64,000 nt of DNA from NCBI RefSeq assembly GCF_018977255.1, contig NW_024704743.1:26104001-26168000 (forward strand), in the 5' to 3' direction. A model generated the notes under the pieces. The model saw nothing but the letters and a program-made list of their open reading frames with translations, ran no database searches and was not told where the DNA came from. Position 1 is the first letter of the stretch, and each line of letters opens with the position of its first letter. Source of the stretch: Callorhinchus milii (taxonomy: Eukaryota). This document shows, piece after piece, positions 11,551 through 25,350 of this stretch. The translations under genes and the position numbers were made by a program.

Positions 11551-12599
11551 GAAAAATAATAATAATCCTTGCATTTAAATATATCACGTCTTCAAGGCGT
11601 CTCAAAGCGCTTCACACAATATATTCTCCTTGTATTTGTAAGGCAAGTTCCTTTCTGCCTAGCTTTCTTTCGTGCTTCTCACAGGGATTTCACGAGCTTG
11701 AGCTTCAAAACAGAAGCCCACATTTGAATCCTGAAAGTTGGCAAAGGGACTGAAAAGTGAAATGTCAGTCGTGATCACAAACTGGAATTCACAATCAGAG
11801 TAACGCAGCCGGTTGTGAATGTTGTCCCCTCCCATATTAAGGTTTGATCGATGTTCTCGGTTGACCGCTTAACACTTAATTCTACAATCCTAGACTTTTT
11901 CTAAGCCTCGTGTGTCACACACTGAATGTAATGTAATACAGAGACAGGTGTTGTAACCTAATGAGATCAACAGGGACACCAGAAGGACACAATGGAATGA
12001 ACCTCCAGAAAATTAATCACTTAACATTGATAACCATCTGTTTTCTAAATAGATTTTCTTACTTGGCTTTATGTTTGTCATACGTTTGATATTTCAATTG
12101 TTTTTTTCAAGTTTGCTAAAGATTTCATGCTCAGAAGGTATAATTCTGTATACACAGCGGAAGCAGGTGCAAGTGTGTACATGAATCCGGGAATGACTTG
12201 TTTCTTTTTTTGCACAGTCAAGATCGTAAATCAATCTACTGCTCTGCAAAATCGCACCTCAGGACTTTTAGTTTCAGAGGAATCTAGAACCTGACTTGGT
12301 AGTGTTGAAGAAAAACTGGAGAAAAAAAAATAGTTTTTGATGAATAAAGTGAATCACTTACAAAAATCGCATGGGCACCTGGAGTTTCCAAATACAGGGT
12401 GAGAGAAATGTGTTGATGAAAACCTAGCAGCCAACAAAGCTGCACCAGCAGTGAGCACGAACAAGCTATTTGGTCTATAAAACTCACAAAGATCCCAAGA
12501 ATTCAGCTGAATATTGGAGAAAAAGCAAAGCCCAAGTGGTAGATAACATATTAATTGCACAAAATAGTACATGCAGTGATACCATTGCTGTCTATAGCC

Positions 12600-13010
12600 A
12601 GGACATTTCCGTGTCTGAAATGAAGTGTGCACTCTCTCCCTAGAGGCATACACCCTTCTTACCTAATTCCGAAGACTTTTGGGTGCAGATTGCCAAGACA
12701 TGAGGATCCTAGAATGTGTGTTGGTGTACTGCTAGAGTTCAACCAGCTAAAACCACACAGCTTGCCATTGAAAACACTGTCTGGAAAGCTTCCCGCTCCT
12801 TTTTAATAGTTAGGATCGCTCTACCCATTAGAACTTTGGCTTCTGTGGTCAACGGGAGGTCAATAGGAAGAATCCCTGACCCCTGTGACCAGTCTGCCCC
12901 TCCAGGTCCTGCTGATGAGCCAGGTTGTCATTAACAGTGCCCTGGAATACTGTCGAACAACCTGTCTCAAAACTAGACTACCAAGACTGCCAAAGAACTT
13001 CATTCCAATT
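12600..13010 (-). mobile_element. copy of the same non-LTR 3' UTR family
   Basis: Reverse complement aligns with about 2205-2620 (AGCAGGACCTGGA, AGCCAAAG, TCAATGGCAAGCT, CTGGTT, TTAGGTAAG). Confidence 0.7.
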
Positions 13011-14324
13011 TTTCCATTGCCAAGCTCTAAGGAAAAAGCTCACTTTACTTCCTCTCTTCTCTTCCCCCCACCCCCCCACGCACACATTTGCAGGATAGTC
13101 AGCAATGCAATACCTAAATAAAGTTGTACATTTGAACTGATCATATCGATTCTGTTTGGTTCACAAATTGACATGAAACCAGTGGAACACAAAATAACCC
13201 AGAGGAACATCACGATACTTGAACGTGAATTGTCTCCACCCTTATTTGAAGCTGGCACCAGCTCAGCTGCATACATTGTGAGAAGATGGTTGACGAGAAA
13301 ATCAAAGTGAGAAAGGGTGGAGTATTAATATCAGCACCGGCTAGTTGGGCTGAATAACCTGTTTCCGTGCCTTTTCATTCTATACAAATCTATGTATTTT
13401 CTTCTTCCAATAAAGTGCTGTGTTTGTTGATGTCTGTATTTATCAATCTATGTATTTACTTCTTGCAAAACTATAATCAGCAGGCGAATGGCAGTTCTAT
13501 ACACAGACTAATAAAATCCAAAAAAAAAATAATAAATGGTCATTTTAATTACGCTGTTTGTGGACATTGCTGTGGCAATTGCTGGTACCAATACAGTCAT
13601 TCCTTCGTGTTTTGTGAGCGCTTTGGACGTTCCGACGTGAAACTATCATGCAATTATTATTAGGTTTTTTTTTATTATGACTTTTTGGACATCACTAAAC
13701 CAGCAAAGATTCGCCTACAAATATGCACAGTCACTGCAATCTACAGTAAATGCTGTGATGCACTTTGAGGCATTTTGATGATGTGATAAGGCGTTAAATC
13801 AAATGCGAGGATTATTACAGTATTAAGATGGTACTTAAGTCAGGAAATGTACAAAACGTTAATGGTGCAAACATTGCAAACTCCTTTCCTATTTTTCTAC
13901 CAATGGCTTTTCTTCTTACTATTCTACCTTATTGAACCATGCTAATAGTTTACTCTTTTTATGGGAAGATGAACAAAACAAAGACTTCTGTCTTTCCACA
14001 GGGTCACTCAAAAAGGTCAACAACGTGATCTGGAGAAATAATGCAATCGTGTTCTTTGCCTAGTGTTATGAAAACTCCCTGTATTGTGACATCTCATGCA
14101 GCAAATGCAATTTTCTCCTTTGGTAGAAGATCAAAGTAAAAGAGGAAATTGCAGGAAATGTACAGCAGGTCGTTCAGCATCTGAAGGAGAAAGTTAGGAC
14201 AATGCTTCATTTGAGTTCTGAAATGTAACACGTCTTATAATATTTTTTGCATTTGACACCACGCACCCATAACCTCAACTTTTCCAATTATTTAATTTTT
14301 TCTGTATGCGTAGTAACTGTTTAT

Positions 14325-14645
14325 TTGTAGGCGAATTAGGTAGCCAATTTGCAACATGAGGTGCCCCACAAATCGCCATGAAATGAGTCACCAACTTTAT
14401 CTGGAATGTTATCTGAATTTTGGTCAGTTCAATGAAAGAAGCACCTTTCTCTTTTCGAATAGTGTCATGAAATCTTCCATGACCATCCGAATAGGCAGAC
14501 GAGACCTCGGTTTAATTTCTCTTCCAATGCAGCGTTTGCACTATGAAGGAGACTCAGCCTAAATTCGGACTATGAGCTCAAAGCTTTTAAACCCACAACC
14601 TTCTGATTCTGACGTGGGTGTGCTACCAGCTGAGGCAGCTGACAC
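14325..14645 (-). mobile_element. SacSINE1-like DeuSINE, decayed
   Basis: Reverse complement aligns with 49722-50000. Confidence 0.7.
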
Positions 14646-16110
14646 CTGTCTTTTATCAGATTCTGACATTATGTGTTTGTCAACATTTTCTGTTATGCTT
14701 TTTTTAATTTTGCAGTTAAAGCCTAATTTTGTTTATTGCTTTCTTCTTTTGCATACATTTTGGTTTATCTTTGCTGTGTAGACAATTTTTGTTTCAGATT
14801 TATTTTCAAATATTCCCAATTCTCAACTCTGTGTCCCTTATCCTTTAATTAGCTGTTTCCCTTTGAGTGTTTATTCAATACTCTTAAATGTTACAGTTTT
14901 CGCTTCAATGGCTACAGATGACAAAGTATTCCATGCTCTGATAATGCTCTGCGTGAAAAGGTTTCTTTAACTACCAGTTAACAGTGACAATCTTGAGGTT
15001 CTGTTAGGATGACAGCGTTATCAAGTTTTTCAGAAACTGACCCAGCAAAGCCATTTAAATATAGAAATTATCTTCCAAAACCAGCTATGATACTATAATT
15101 CTGAATGCAGTTTTCTACGTCATCAGCAAGTTACTCTGCCTGTATAGAAGCACAATGTTCTTAATACATACTCTGACACATACCTACCTTATATTCCAAC
15201 AACAAACTTTTTTAAATGAGTCCAGCATCCTGGTAACAATCACCCTTCCTGGAAAATTACCCTGTCAATCATTCCCTGGGTAAAGAAAAACTTCTTCTGT
15301 CTGGCCTGAAATTATGCTTGGCAACCCCAAATCTGTGTGTCTTAGTCTGCTATTTTGACACATCTGAAACTATCATAGGGTGCCAGTGGAGCCTGGCAAG
15401 GACTGGTGTGATGGGGGTATGGAGATAAGTGTCGGTGAGAATACCAAGGTTGCATCTCAAATACAAGCTTGCATCTCAGGAGAATTTAACTATAAGTTAA
15501 AAGGCATTATTTCTATCCCTACATATGACTGGTGCAGCCACAGTTGGAATATAATGTAAACTATTTTGGACATCCTACATTCAACAGGGTGTTGAAGTGT
15601 TGGAGAATGTTTAGAGAGGAGAAGCATGATTTCAGTACTCCAAACTCTTGGTTTAAGAGCTGTTTTCACCTATGTGGTAATAACTTCATAGCCCAATCTC
15701 CATTGCAATAGAAATGTAGAATATAGGAGACCATTCAGCCCATTTTTGGTATTTTGAGAAACAATTTATCCTAATACTAATTCCTTTCCCTGCGCTCTCT
15801 AATTCCATTCCTCTGTATCACACAATCACTAAATTAGTTCAGATGAAGAAGATCCTTCGGCTCATCTGTTCATCCTACCATTTCCCATCACAGCTTTTTT
15901 TTTTAAAATGAGTCCAGTATCCTGGCCTCAACCTCCCCTGATTACAATCTTGAATTCATGCCCTCTTGTTCTCAAATCCCTTTCCAAGTGGAAAGTGTTT
16001 TTGCAATGAATTCTTTCAAATCCTTTCATTATCTAAAATGCTTCTATCATTTCTGATATCATCCTTACGAACCTACATTGCACCTTCTCTAATAACCCCT
16101 CAAACCCCCT

Positions 16111-16427
16111 GGAGTCCTGTATCTCAATGGTTAGAGCACTCGCTTTGCAAGCGAGAGACCCGAGTTCAATTCCAGGCAGGGCGAAACCTTGGGCAAGTTT
16201 CCTTACTTCACACACGTAATAATAATCCCATCAAAACCAAAAACAATAATAAATTGGTCATTTTCAATCCATGACTGTTTGTGGGACATTGCTGTGCGCA
16301 ATTGGCTGCCGCATTCACCCACAAATATACAGTCAATTCACTTTACAGTGTGTTCTGTGAAGCGCTTTGGGACGTCCTCCCGATGTGAAAAGCGCTATAT
16401 CAAATGCAAGGATTATTATTATTATTA
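16111..16427 (+). mobile_element. full-length tRNA-headed SINE
   Basis: Near-identical to 46970-47278. Confidence 0.93.
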
Positions 16428-18717
16428 TAAACGTTACAAGAGATTACAAAGGCATATTTTTATACTGTAACTGATCCATTTATGTGACACATAGTCTGGA
16501 TGCCTTATTTGATTTAAGGGTAGACTATTCATATTCTGCATGTACCCCAAAACACAACATTTTGTGAGGTAATCTGCACTTTGGTTGAGTTACTTTAAGT
16601 GAAGTTCTTGTTCTTGGCTTGCAAGCTTGCATTAAAAGCAGGTCAAATACTTAACGATAGAGCACAACAACCAGTTCTTATCAGGTATAGTAACATAGGT
16701 ACGTTATCAATCCTTAGCTTAACTGTAGGAATACCAAGGAATGGTCATTACTGTTTTTTTTCTACTAACCGACTACTTTATTTGTCCACATTTAATGCAG
16801 TGTATCATGCCATAATTTTCATTGTGATTACCATGAGCATAACAATCAATGCCAACCTCTAGAATTGTGCATTAACATGACATGACAGAATATAACGTGT
16901 AATCAAAGTAGTACAGTAGCAAAGCCCATTGCTATCAGCATTAACCGTGTATCAAAACTACAAGCTTGTTAATCTAATCACAAGCTTAATTTAATGTGAA
17001 CCATTCAGCAAAATTATAGCCTTTTCCATCTGCTTGTGACACAAACTAATCTGTGCAACTGATATTCCTGCTATTTCACTTTATTTTTTCTCTCCCTCAG
17101 TTTTTGGGGGTCAGCTGCACATGGAAACCTATCACTGTGCTTAAGAATATTCAAATGAAACTACTGAGAGTCCCACATCTGAATGGAAGTTTGCCTGTAT
17201 CTGGCATGGAGATGCAGTGCGCACACTCTTCCTGGAGGGACACTGCTCACCTAATCCTATGAGTTTACAGGGTTAACAGGGGGTTAAGTGAGGAAAATCT
17301 CAGGCCCCCAATGACTGGTTGGTGCTCTACGTCCTGTTGGATTATCCAGCACTATCCTGCATGAAGAGCGCAAAATAAATGCAAGTCGTTGTTGCTAGTG
17401 AGCCAGGCTGACTGGTCTATCATCAGCAGTGCTTTGAAGCACCAATGTCTTTACCTGGCTCAGGAACCAGACGACTCAAACCACCATCAAAAATCAACTC
17501 GCTTCCAACATTTCATTACTAGATGTCACTCTTGCTCCTAAGAGCTAGCTCAGCCTCAGAAGTAAGCTCGATGTCTCCCCAAAGACATCCAGCTTACCTT
17601 CTCCCCGAGGAAGATAGTTGCCCTGCTTTTTCATCTCATTCTGTGAGCTGCTGAGCAGAGAGGTTTGATGCTTTGATTGCCGTTTTGGATGGAGCTTTAG
17701 TTGCAATTTCAGGTCACTTTTTAAAATGCAATTTCAAATGTCGCCGCAGATGATCTTTTTCAGAAAATTTTACGTGTTTGTCCGCTGAGCACTACGTTCT
17801 TTTAAAAGTCACTCGAGTGCCTTTTACAAAGCACTACTTACATGACTCAATTATGGCCGTCAACACCTATGCTTATAATTTTGCTTCAACAATAAAGCTA
17901 AGATAACACCCTGGCTGCTTGTTCAATAACGCGTGCCATGGAAACCTCTCGAATATCTGTTCTATTTGTCTGCATTGTAGGTTTGGATGGAGTTGCAATT
18001 CAGTTGCATTTCAGGTAATTTTTCACGAGACAACTTCAAAGGTAATCACAGATGATGTCTCGCAGAAATTCGAATGTAATTGTCCACTCAACAATTGGTT
18101 CCTGCTATAATTTAAATATTTGACCTACGCTCCCAGGACGCAGTGTAACAGATTCATCTGCTGCCCAAATTATTCCTTTTACTGTTTGTGACCTATTTAT
18201 TACTATTGTCCTCAATAACAACAGAAACTTACACTTATATAGCAAACCTCCACGCAAGGTGGCGTCTCAGAGAACTTTATACTTAAAACACATCGCAGGC
18301 CTCAGCCTTTTGAGTATCAAAAAATAATATACCAAAGGCTGGCGAGGAAGGAATGTACAAATATTCTTTTAATGTTTCAATGTTTTGCATAATGGCTACC
18401 TGCTAAATGTACTTGAGAAACATTGTTCAGTGACTCGGCCTCTAATAACACATACTCCTGTCAACCTGATAGTAACAGAGTGCTTCTGTAGATGATTCAC
18501 CCCTTAAACACCATCGTTTCACCTAACACAATTCTCCCATAGTTTGGAGCATCGGCATCAAACATAAGACATTGACTGCATGCCTTGACTTGATCTCCAA
18601 AGAAAGAAATCTCAAATCCAACACTGATTCCTCTATCAGGACTCACTTGACGCTGGACATTCCTCTGATAAAGTGGTTATGGAAGATTAGCATCTGGGTC
18701 AAATTGTCCTGGAATTG

Positions 18718-18885
18718 CAGTAAACTGATAACTTGTCGCTCCAAGGGAAAAGGACTCACTGCTCTGGAGTAGTGAGTTAGGCATATGTATAAACATTTAA
18801 ATAAATGCGACCGGGATATTGACAGCACGATGACTCAAGTGGTAATGACAAGTTAAGTCAGGGTTAAATTATCAGGAGTTTATTG
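18718..18885 (-). mobile_element. second copy of the Tigger-like MITE
   Basis: Reverse complement aligns to 186-367 (TTAACTTGTCATTACCACTT, ATACATATGCCTAACTC); ends TTATCAGGAGTTTATTG|TA. Confidence 0.75.
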
Positions 18886-19496
18886 TACTTTGGATCCAAT
18901 TCTTGCAGAGATAGCCTGTCGACAATGTTTGGTTTATGGATGTACCAGAACAGGACATCTCTCGTACTGTAGCTCTTCGTATGTTAGTCGACTAGACTAC
19001 TTTAAATTGAGCATAAATTTCTCTCAAGATCTCTCGCAGATGGTTTGGCTCTTCAAATGAACAGGCTGCTAAGTGAAGATCTTCAGAGGATATCAATTGA
19101 ATCACTTCACAGCCAGAAATAATGAAATTCCGAAAGGTATCCTTCACTTACCTAGAAAGTGTGGAAACAGATCATTCAGGCCAATCAGTCTACAGCTCAA
19201 GATCACAAGATATGTTTGGATGAAGAAGTCCCTTCAGCCCATCTATTTGTTGATTCACAGGAGCGTTTCACCCTTCACAGCAGGGAAATGTATAAGTATT
19301 ATTAGCCCGCTGAGAGGTTTATAAAGTGGAAAGTTAGTTTTTTTNCTCCAATACTCAAGAACTCTCCAACAGATTCTCCATAAATTTAGATATACAGTAT
19401 TCCTCTGAGCCTTTTTCAAATGAGTAAAGGGTAATTTAACCCCCCTTTTGCTATGGTCTTATTGTACTACCACTATTTGCTATCCATTTTGTTCCC

Positions 19497-19694
19497 CGGA
19501 GTTAGATTAAGAATTCTTGGGGCCCCCAAGAACATTGAGGGCCCCTCTGTACCACCCCACCCTCCCCTCCCCCCCTGCAGCCCAATAACAACAAAATGAC
19601 ATCCTGGTGCCAATGTTTGGCCCCTGGCAGGGCCCCATTTTTGTCTGGAATCCCCTGGCACTGGTCCCTTATACCCGTGCATTAATCCGCCCCT
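19497..19694. mobile_element. possible non-autonomous hAT-type element
   Basis: Ends GGAGTTAGATTAA / TTAATCCGCCCCT with multiple internal GGGCCC palindromes. Confidence 0.5.
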
Positions 19695-19899
19695 ATTGCT
19701 CCCATTCTCTTTTGTCAGGTTTGTCGTTCTAGTTGTGGGTGTTTGCATTTTTTCCCTCCTTAGCACAGAGTCAATTGTAGTGCCCTTATTGTTCCAATTG
19801 AAATCCTTTCATTCAGCAAATGGGGTAGAGATTTGCATGTGACTTTGGAGGGTATAAAGCTCTTCAGTACATTTCCTCCTCGATTTTCTCTACTTAGAT

Positions 19900-20215
19900 G
19901 GAGTCCTGTCGCTCCTGTAGCCTTGCAAGCGAGACACTTGGGTTCAATTCCAGGCAGAGTAAAAACCTTGGGTAAGTTTCCTTACTCCACACGCCTAATA
20001 ATAATCCCTCCAAAAGAAAACAATAATAATAAATTGGTCATTTTCAATCAATGACTGTTTGTGGGACACTGCTGTGCGCAATTGGCTGCCACGTTTTGCC
20101 CACAAATATACGGTTAATTCACTTTACAGCATATTCTGTGAAGCGCTTTGAGACGTCTAGAAGACGTGAAAAGCGCTATATCAAATGTAAGGATTATTAT
20201 TTATTCTTATTATTA
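19900..20215 (+). mobile_element. tRNA-headed SINE with rearranged head
   Basis: Aligns to 46970-47278. Confidence 0.88.
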
Positions 20216-20641
20216 GATGAGCCGTCCTGAAGGTATCTGAATGATAAAGTACATTTAAGCAAGAGTGAGTCTTGACTTTCTGCTCTTTGACTTCTTCATA
20301 TCTCTACTTCCCCAAAAAGAATTTCCATTTCTTACACAATCCACAGTTCAGACCTGTCTGATTATAACTTCTATTTAATGCTGAGCTCTGAGTGGCTTTT
20401 TGGAATTGTGTTGAAACTGCAAACGTATTTCACAAAAGTTCCTTAACATAGTTAAAACAGTTTGAGTAGGACTACTCTTTTGAGGTTCAGGCCAAAGCAC
20501 ATTTTGGGGTTGGAGGCATAGAGGCAGCAGCATTAAGGATGCTTTATTCTGTAACAAGTGCTGGTACTTGACCTGAACGTGGAAAAATAAAAATAGTTCT
20601 GTACTCACCACTGATAGAATGCACCTCCTTGTGGGCTTCAC

Positions 20642-20997
20642 AGAGCACTTGCCTCGCAAGCGAGAGGACCTGGGTTTGATTCCTGGGCAGGGCGAAACTT
20701 TGGGCAAGTTTCCTTACTCCACACGTCTCCGTTTACCTAGCAGTAAGTAGGAGCCAGGTTGTTAGTTGATTGGCTGATCTCTTTTCCGGGGGTAATAATT
20801 CCTTCAAAATAAATGTTTAAAATAATTTGGTCACTCAATCCACGCCTGTTTGTGGGACACTGTTGTATGCAATTGTCTGCTGTGCTTTGCCCACAAAATA
20901 TACAACTCAATTCACTTTAGATTAGATTCTGTGAAGTGCTTTGAGACATCTCGAAGACATGATAAGGCGCTATATCAAATGCAAAGATTATTATTAT
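20642..20997 (+). mobile_element. tRNA-headed SINE, long subfamily
   Basis: Same head and tail plus an extra GTTTACCTAGCAGTAAGTA... block; similar to 57730-58073. Confidence 0.85.
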
Positions 20998-21419
20998 CAC
21001 GTGGGCTGGCAGCAGTTTGAATATACAGGATGGACTTTTAACATGCAAAATCACTTTTTTTTTTGGTGCCGGTCCAACTTATTCAGAATTCTAAATACAT
21101 GGTGTCCAGATAGCTGGGGGATTATTGTATTTGTAGGCAAACGCAGCAGCCCATTTGCACGCAGCATCGTCCCACAGACAACCATCAGTGAATGATCCTT
21201 TTTTATTTGGGGGATTGTAGGCCACGACACCCAGAGAAACTGCCTTCTCTTTTTGAACAATGCCATGGGTTCTTTAACCTGAATAGTTTAATTTCTCATC
21301 AGAAGGACGAGCCCTTTGCAAAGAGAGTTTTCCTGGTGTCTAGCCTACAGGTGAATTAACCATGCATTTTAGTCGTCCATGTTATGCACAAATTGGCCAA
21401 TACATTTGCCTACACATAC

Positions 21420-21785
21420 ATCAACAACTGGACTTATATAGCGCCCTCCACGCAGGGCAGCCTCTCAGAACACTTAATAGTGGCAGAGCCTGACTCTGAG
21501 CAGGGTGGAGGTGGCCGTAAGCACGGTCAGAGAGGAAAGGTTTCAGGCGGGACTTGAAAGAGAGAAGACAAGGCGGAGGGATTTAGGCAGAGTGTTCCAG
21601 AGTTTTGGGATGTAGTGAGGCGGAGGGTGTGAAGGACGAGCAGAAGGTCGGTGCCAGTCGAGCGGAGGCGCTGGGTGGTGGTTTGGGGAGTGAGGAGGTC
21701 AGAGAGGTAGAGAGGTGCCAGGGTGTGAATGGATTTGAGTACGAGTGGGAGGATCTTGAAGTCGATCCATTCGGTGATGGGATAT
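21420..21785 (-). mobile_element. older L2 3' fragment
   Basis: PITEWIDFKILPLVLKSIHTLAPLYLSDLL on the minus strand. Confidence 0.8.
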
Positions 21786-24700
21786 ACATTCATACATACG
21801 TACATGGTCTACTCCACTTGACAGCAATTCCGTGTGAAACTCTTTGAGATATGTTGATGTTATAGGCCTGATATTGAATGCAAGGATCAGTATTGGGATT
21901 ATTTAAAACAAGGTATTTGTGGGAAGGAAGAAATTATTACATGCATTAAGCCTTGAACTGTAGAAAAATATAATTTACACTTTGCTTCTTGTTGAATGTG
22001 TGGGAGTCTTTCATGACATCACATCATATGAGACATGGCACTATGTTAATTAAATATACTGGAAATATCAGTAGATATATATGATGCATTGAGTATTTGG
22101 TAAGTCTGGCCACTTCCTTTCACAGTTTCCTCTTTTTCACTGTTTGGGGGAGGAGGAGGTTGCAGGTAGTTGTGAAGGCAAGGCTGAAGTAACTAAAGGA
22201 AGTCATTTGGACGACACTAAGGCAGTTTTCACTGGTCTGTGAGCACAATGATGTGGAGTGTAACTGCAGAATATAGTAACGGTAGTAATACAAGAGAGAA
22301 GATGAGGAGATGCAGATCTGCATAAACCGTTCTTTCTGAAATTACCTTGAAGAACTCTGAATTCTTGCTTTTTTTTCCGTCTTAATGCTAAAGAGTTTTT
22401 ACGCTGAAAATGTCAGTGGTTCGTCCTGCATTAAACCGTACCTGCTCATGTGGCACTCACAGCTGCCCTTCTTTCAGTGGATACAGAACTGTTGTGGTGA
22501 ACCTTTCAGGACAAGTGGGATTTTTTAACCATTATTTTCAATGCTGCTGTGTATTCTGGCACTTGGTATGTACAGCATCCTTTCATATACTGTATCTATA
22601 AGTGTTACAAATTGAGTGAACAATGTTTTAGGATTAACACGGCATGTCATTAGAAATAACTGAGTCAGCTTATTTCAGTAACTTTATCTTAAATGCTTTT
22701 ACAATTTTATTTACTGTTTAAATTATAGGTCACTAATACAGATTACTTGGAAGATACAATCGGTTCAGTTATCCGCTCAATTGAGGTCACTTTATGTCGG
22801 AAATTAATACCAAATTAGACTTTCACTTGGCTCTCTGTTTTTGTGCTTGCAGATGGTTTTGACAACGTATGCCATTCAAGGCTAATCATGCTCTCTGTAG
22901 CATTGAGTCATTCTTTCAGAATGATTGATTTTGAATGCAATTAATTGTTCCTAGAATATTAAAATGTTTCTGCGAGGAAAAGGAATAGGTTGGATTTGTA
23001 ACATTTCTGCCTTACACAATGCTGTTTGTGTGCAATCTGGTATGCAATAGAGTAAAGTACAATGTTTGTGCCTGATGACTTTTCAATTCTCCACAATAAC
23101 CTGCTGACACAGAAGACTTTAAACAATAGTGAAACATCATTGCGTTGTACTTTAAAGGTGGTTTAAAAACTGTGTGAAAGACGTAAATGTGCATGGTATG
23201 CATAACTGAAACATAGACAGCTTTACATTTTGTGGCCAGGAAGTGGGAAATGTTTCTTTTGTTTGCCTTCATGTGTGGCCAAGAGTGGCGTGCATAAAGT
23301 GTTATTTTCTAGCGATAACTTTCTATTCCATTTTGGTTCTTTTTAAGCAGTCAGATGCACAGAAGTATAATAAGATGAGATTCTGTCATGTGTTACTTTT
23401 CTTCCTTCTGCTACAGTGAAACGCGAGGGCAGGCAGTGGAAATAGGTCTTCTCAGCCAAAGTTGTAGCCTTCTTTTAAAAGCTGGTTTGGACTTGGATTC
23501 CATCACTGCCTGCTCACTTTGGGCAGGAAGTGGAATCAGACAGAAAGTTAGAGGGCATACAAGATGCAATGTTTGTCAGACCATGACAATGTACCACACC
23601 ATCAAGTATAGGTAATTCAAGCATGCAAAGAGAATAAATATGTTTTTCAGTTGCTTATCTTCAAAATTAGTTTGCTAAAACTATCAGAGTAGTATTTTTC
23701 TCGTCACCAATTGATGACACAGTTATCTTAAATGGTGCTTGGCATCGTTGTGCTATCACATCTGTTGGTGTAGGTTTCCAGGAAGGAAAGGCGGTCTTGG
23801 TGAGGGACCAGATGTAAGCGAGAAAGGAAAGGTGGGGAGTGAACTGGATGCCAGTTGTTATCACTCAGTCTGGTTGGTGTGAGTCAGTTATGGGTGATAG
23901 CCAAGTTTGGTGTCGGGACCTGTTTGTATGTCTTCACTACCACTAGCTGTTCCAACCTGCTGCCCAGATCATTTGATGGGAAGTGTGTGTGTGCACAGGA
24001 CAGAATGTTTGTAGAAACATTGCCTCCCCAGTAGTCACCTGTCAGGGAACAGTGGAATTTGTGTTAGTCCAACGCCCAGTTGAAAATATCACATGTCACA
24101 ACAGCCCTGCTTCAGAAACCCAACCAACAAAATTTCCATATCATTCAGCATTTGTGCGTGAACTGTGGTAACTGTCTCGGTGACGTTTGGCCCCAGATAC
24201 CATAAGAACACAATGTACAAACTGATTCAATGCAGCAGGTGTAAAGGATATCATACCATATCAGAGACCAGGGCTCTGTATTTCACCTCCAAAATAATGG
24301 ATGTATTTCACCTACAAAAGACAGTCGTTATACTGTGAAGTGTTTTCGGACTTCCTTCAACGTGTTAAGGCACTGTATTGGGGTCCATAACATTAGCTAC
24401 TGACCAGCGTGTTGGGACATCCTCCCGCCATGAAAAGCGCTATACAAATGTAATCTTGTTGTTGTATTAAGTGCAAGGATTATTACTTCTAAGATAATGC
24501 CTAACATTCAGCGTTTCTGCAGTTTGGAGTGGAGTTAACACAGTCATAGCGCAATGTTTAGGATCCATAACATTAGCCACCCCCTCCCTCCCTTGCATTA
24601 TGAAGGATTTGTGAAACAAAATGGCCACTAAGCAATAGTTGTGTTGGCAGTTGAGGGAGAACTGGAGGTGGGGGAGGGGAAGGAATGACAAAACAAAAGT

Positions 24701-24844
24701 AGCCTGAGTGGTATTGACTGAGACCTAGGAACACCAAATCTGCGCTCTACATTAGAGTGGGCAGAACCAACAGGGTAAAGAACATTTTACGCAGTAACAA
24801 CCTCCCCCTTTTTTTTTCTCTTGCCTGATGCTAAAATGCCTCCT

Positions 24845-25350
24845 GTGAAGTGTGCTCTGCAGAGATGCCATCTGTGGAATGTAGCAGGTCACCGATGAGT
24901 AACCTGGATTGGAATGTTATCTCATATCCTGGAGTTTTGTGGATTATCTTTGGGTTAGGAGGAAGAAACTCCACCAGTTGTCTTGTCTGCTTGGAGAGTT
25001 TCACTTAGTTGCCCACCTCCCTCGGAAGAGTCCAACTCCCTTGGATATCGTCTACGATGGAACGAATTGTACAATACCCATTGGAAGGAATAAGCTAAAT
25101 TGACTGAGTATTGCATCTTACTGCAGAATCTCTTTGGGTTTTGAATGTTACAAAATTGTAAATGTGCCAACGGTTGTGGTTCTTGAATCACTGACCGTAA
25201 TTAATGCAAACTTCTTTTGTCATTTGGCCTTTCTGTGTACAGTAATTCGTTCATTTTTGTCACTCCATTCAGAAATGGTATCTTGCGTTCAGCAAACTTT
25301 GCTTTATTTTCAAACAATTTTCCATGAAGTGGGCGTCCCTTTAAATGCCA
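24845..25350 (-). mobile_element. possible highly decayed Gypsy-type integrase remnant
   Basis: Colinear weak resemblance to Gypsy integrase motifs across frames (PLHGKL.E.K, F..GVTK, RYP, YIPQ). Confidence 0.3.

Noticed and set aside
17715..17790. Minus-strand KFSEKDHLRRHLKLH resembling a C2H2 zinc finger
   Set aside because: Lacks the paired cysteines, is bounded by stops, and is not preserved in the duplicate at 17981-18093.
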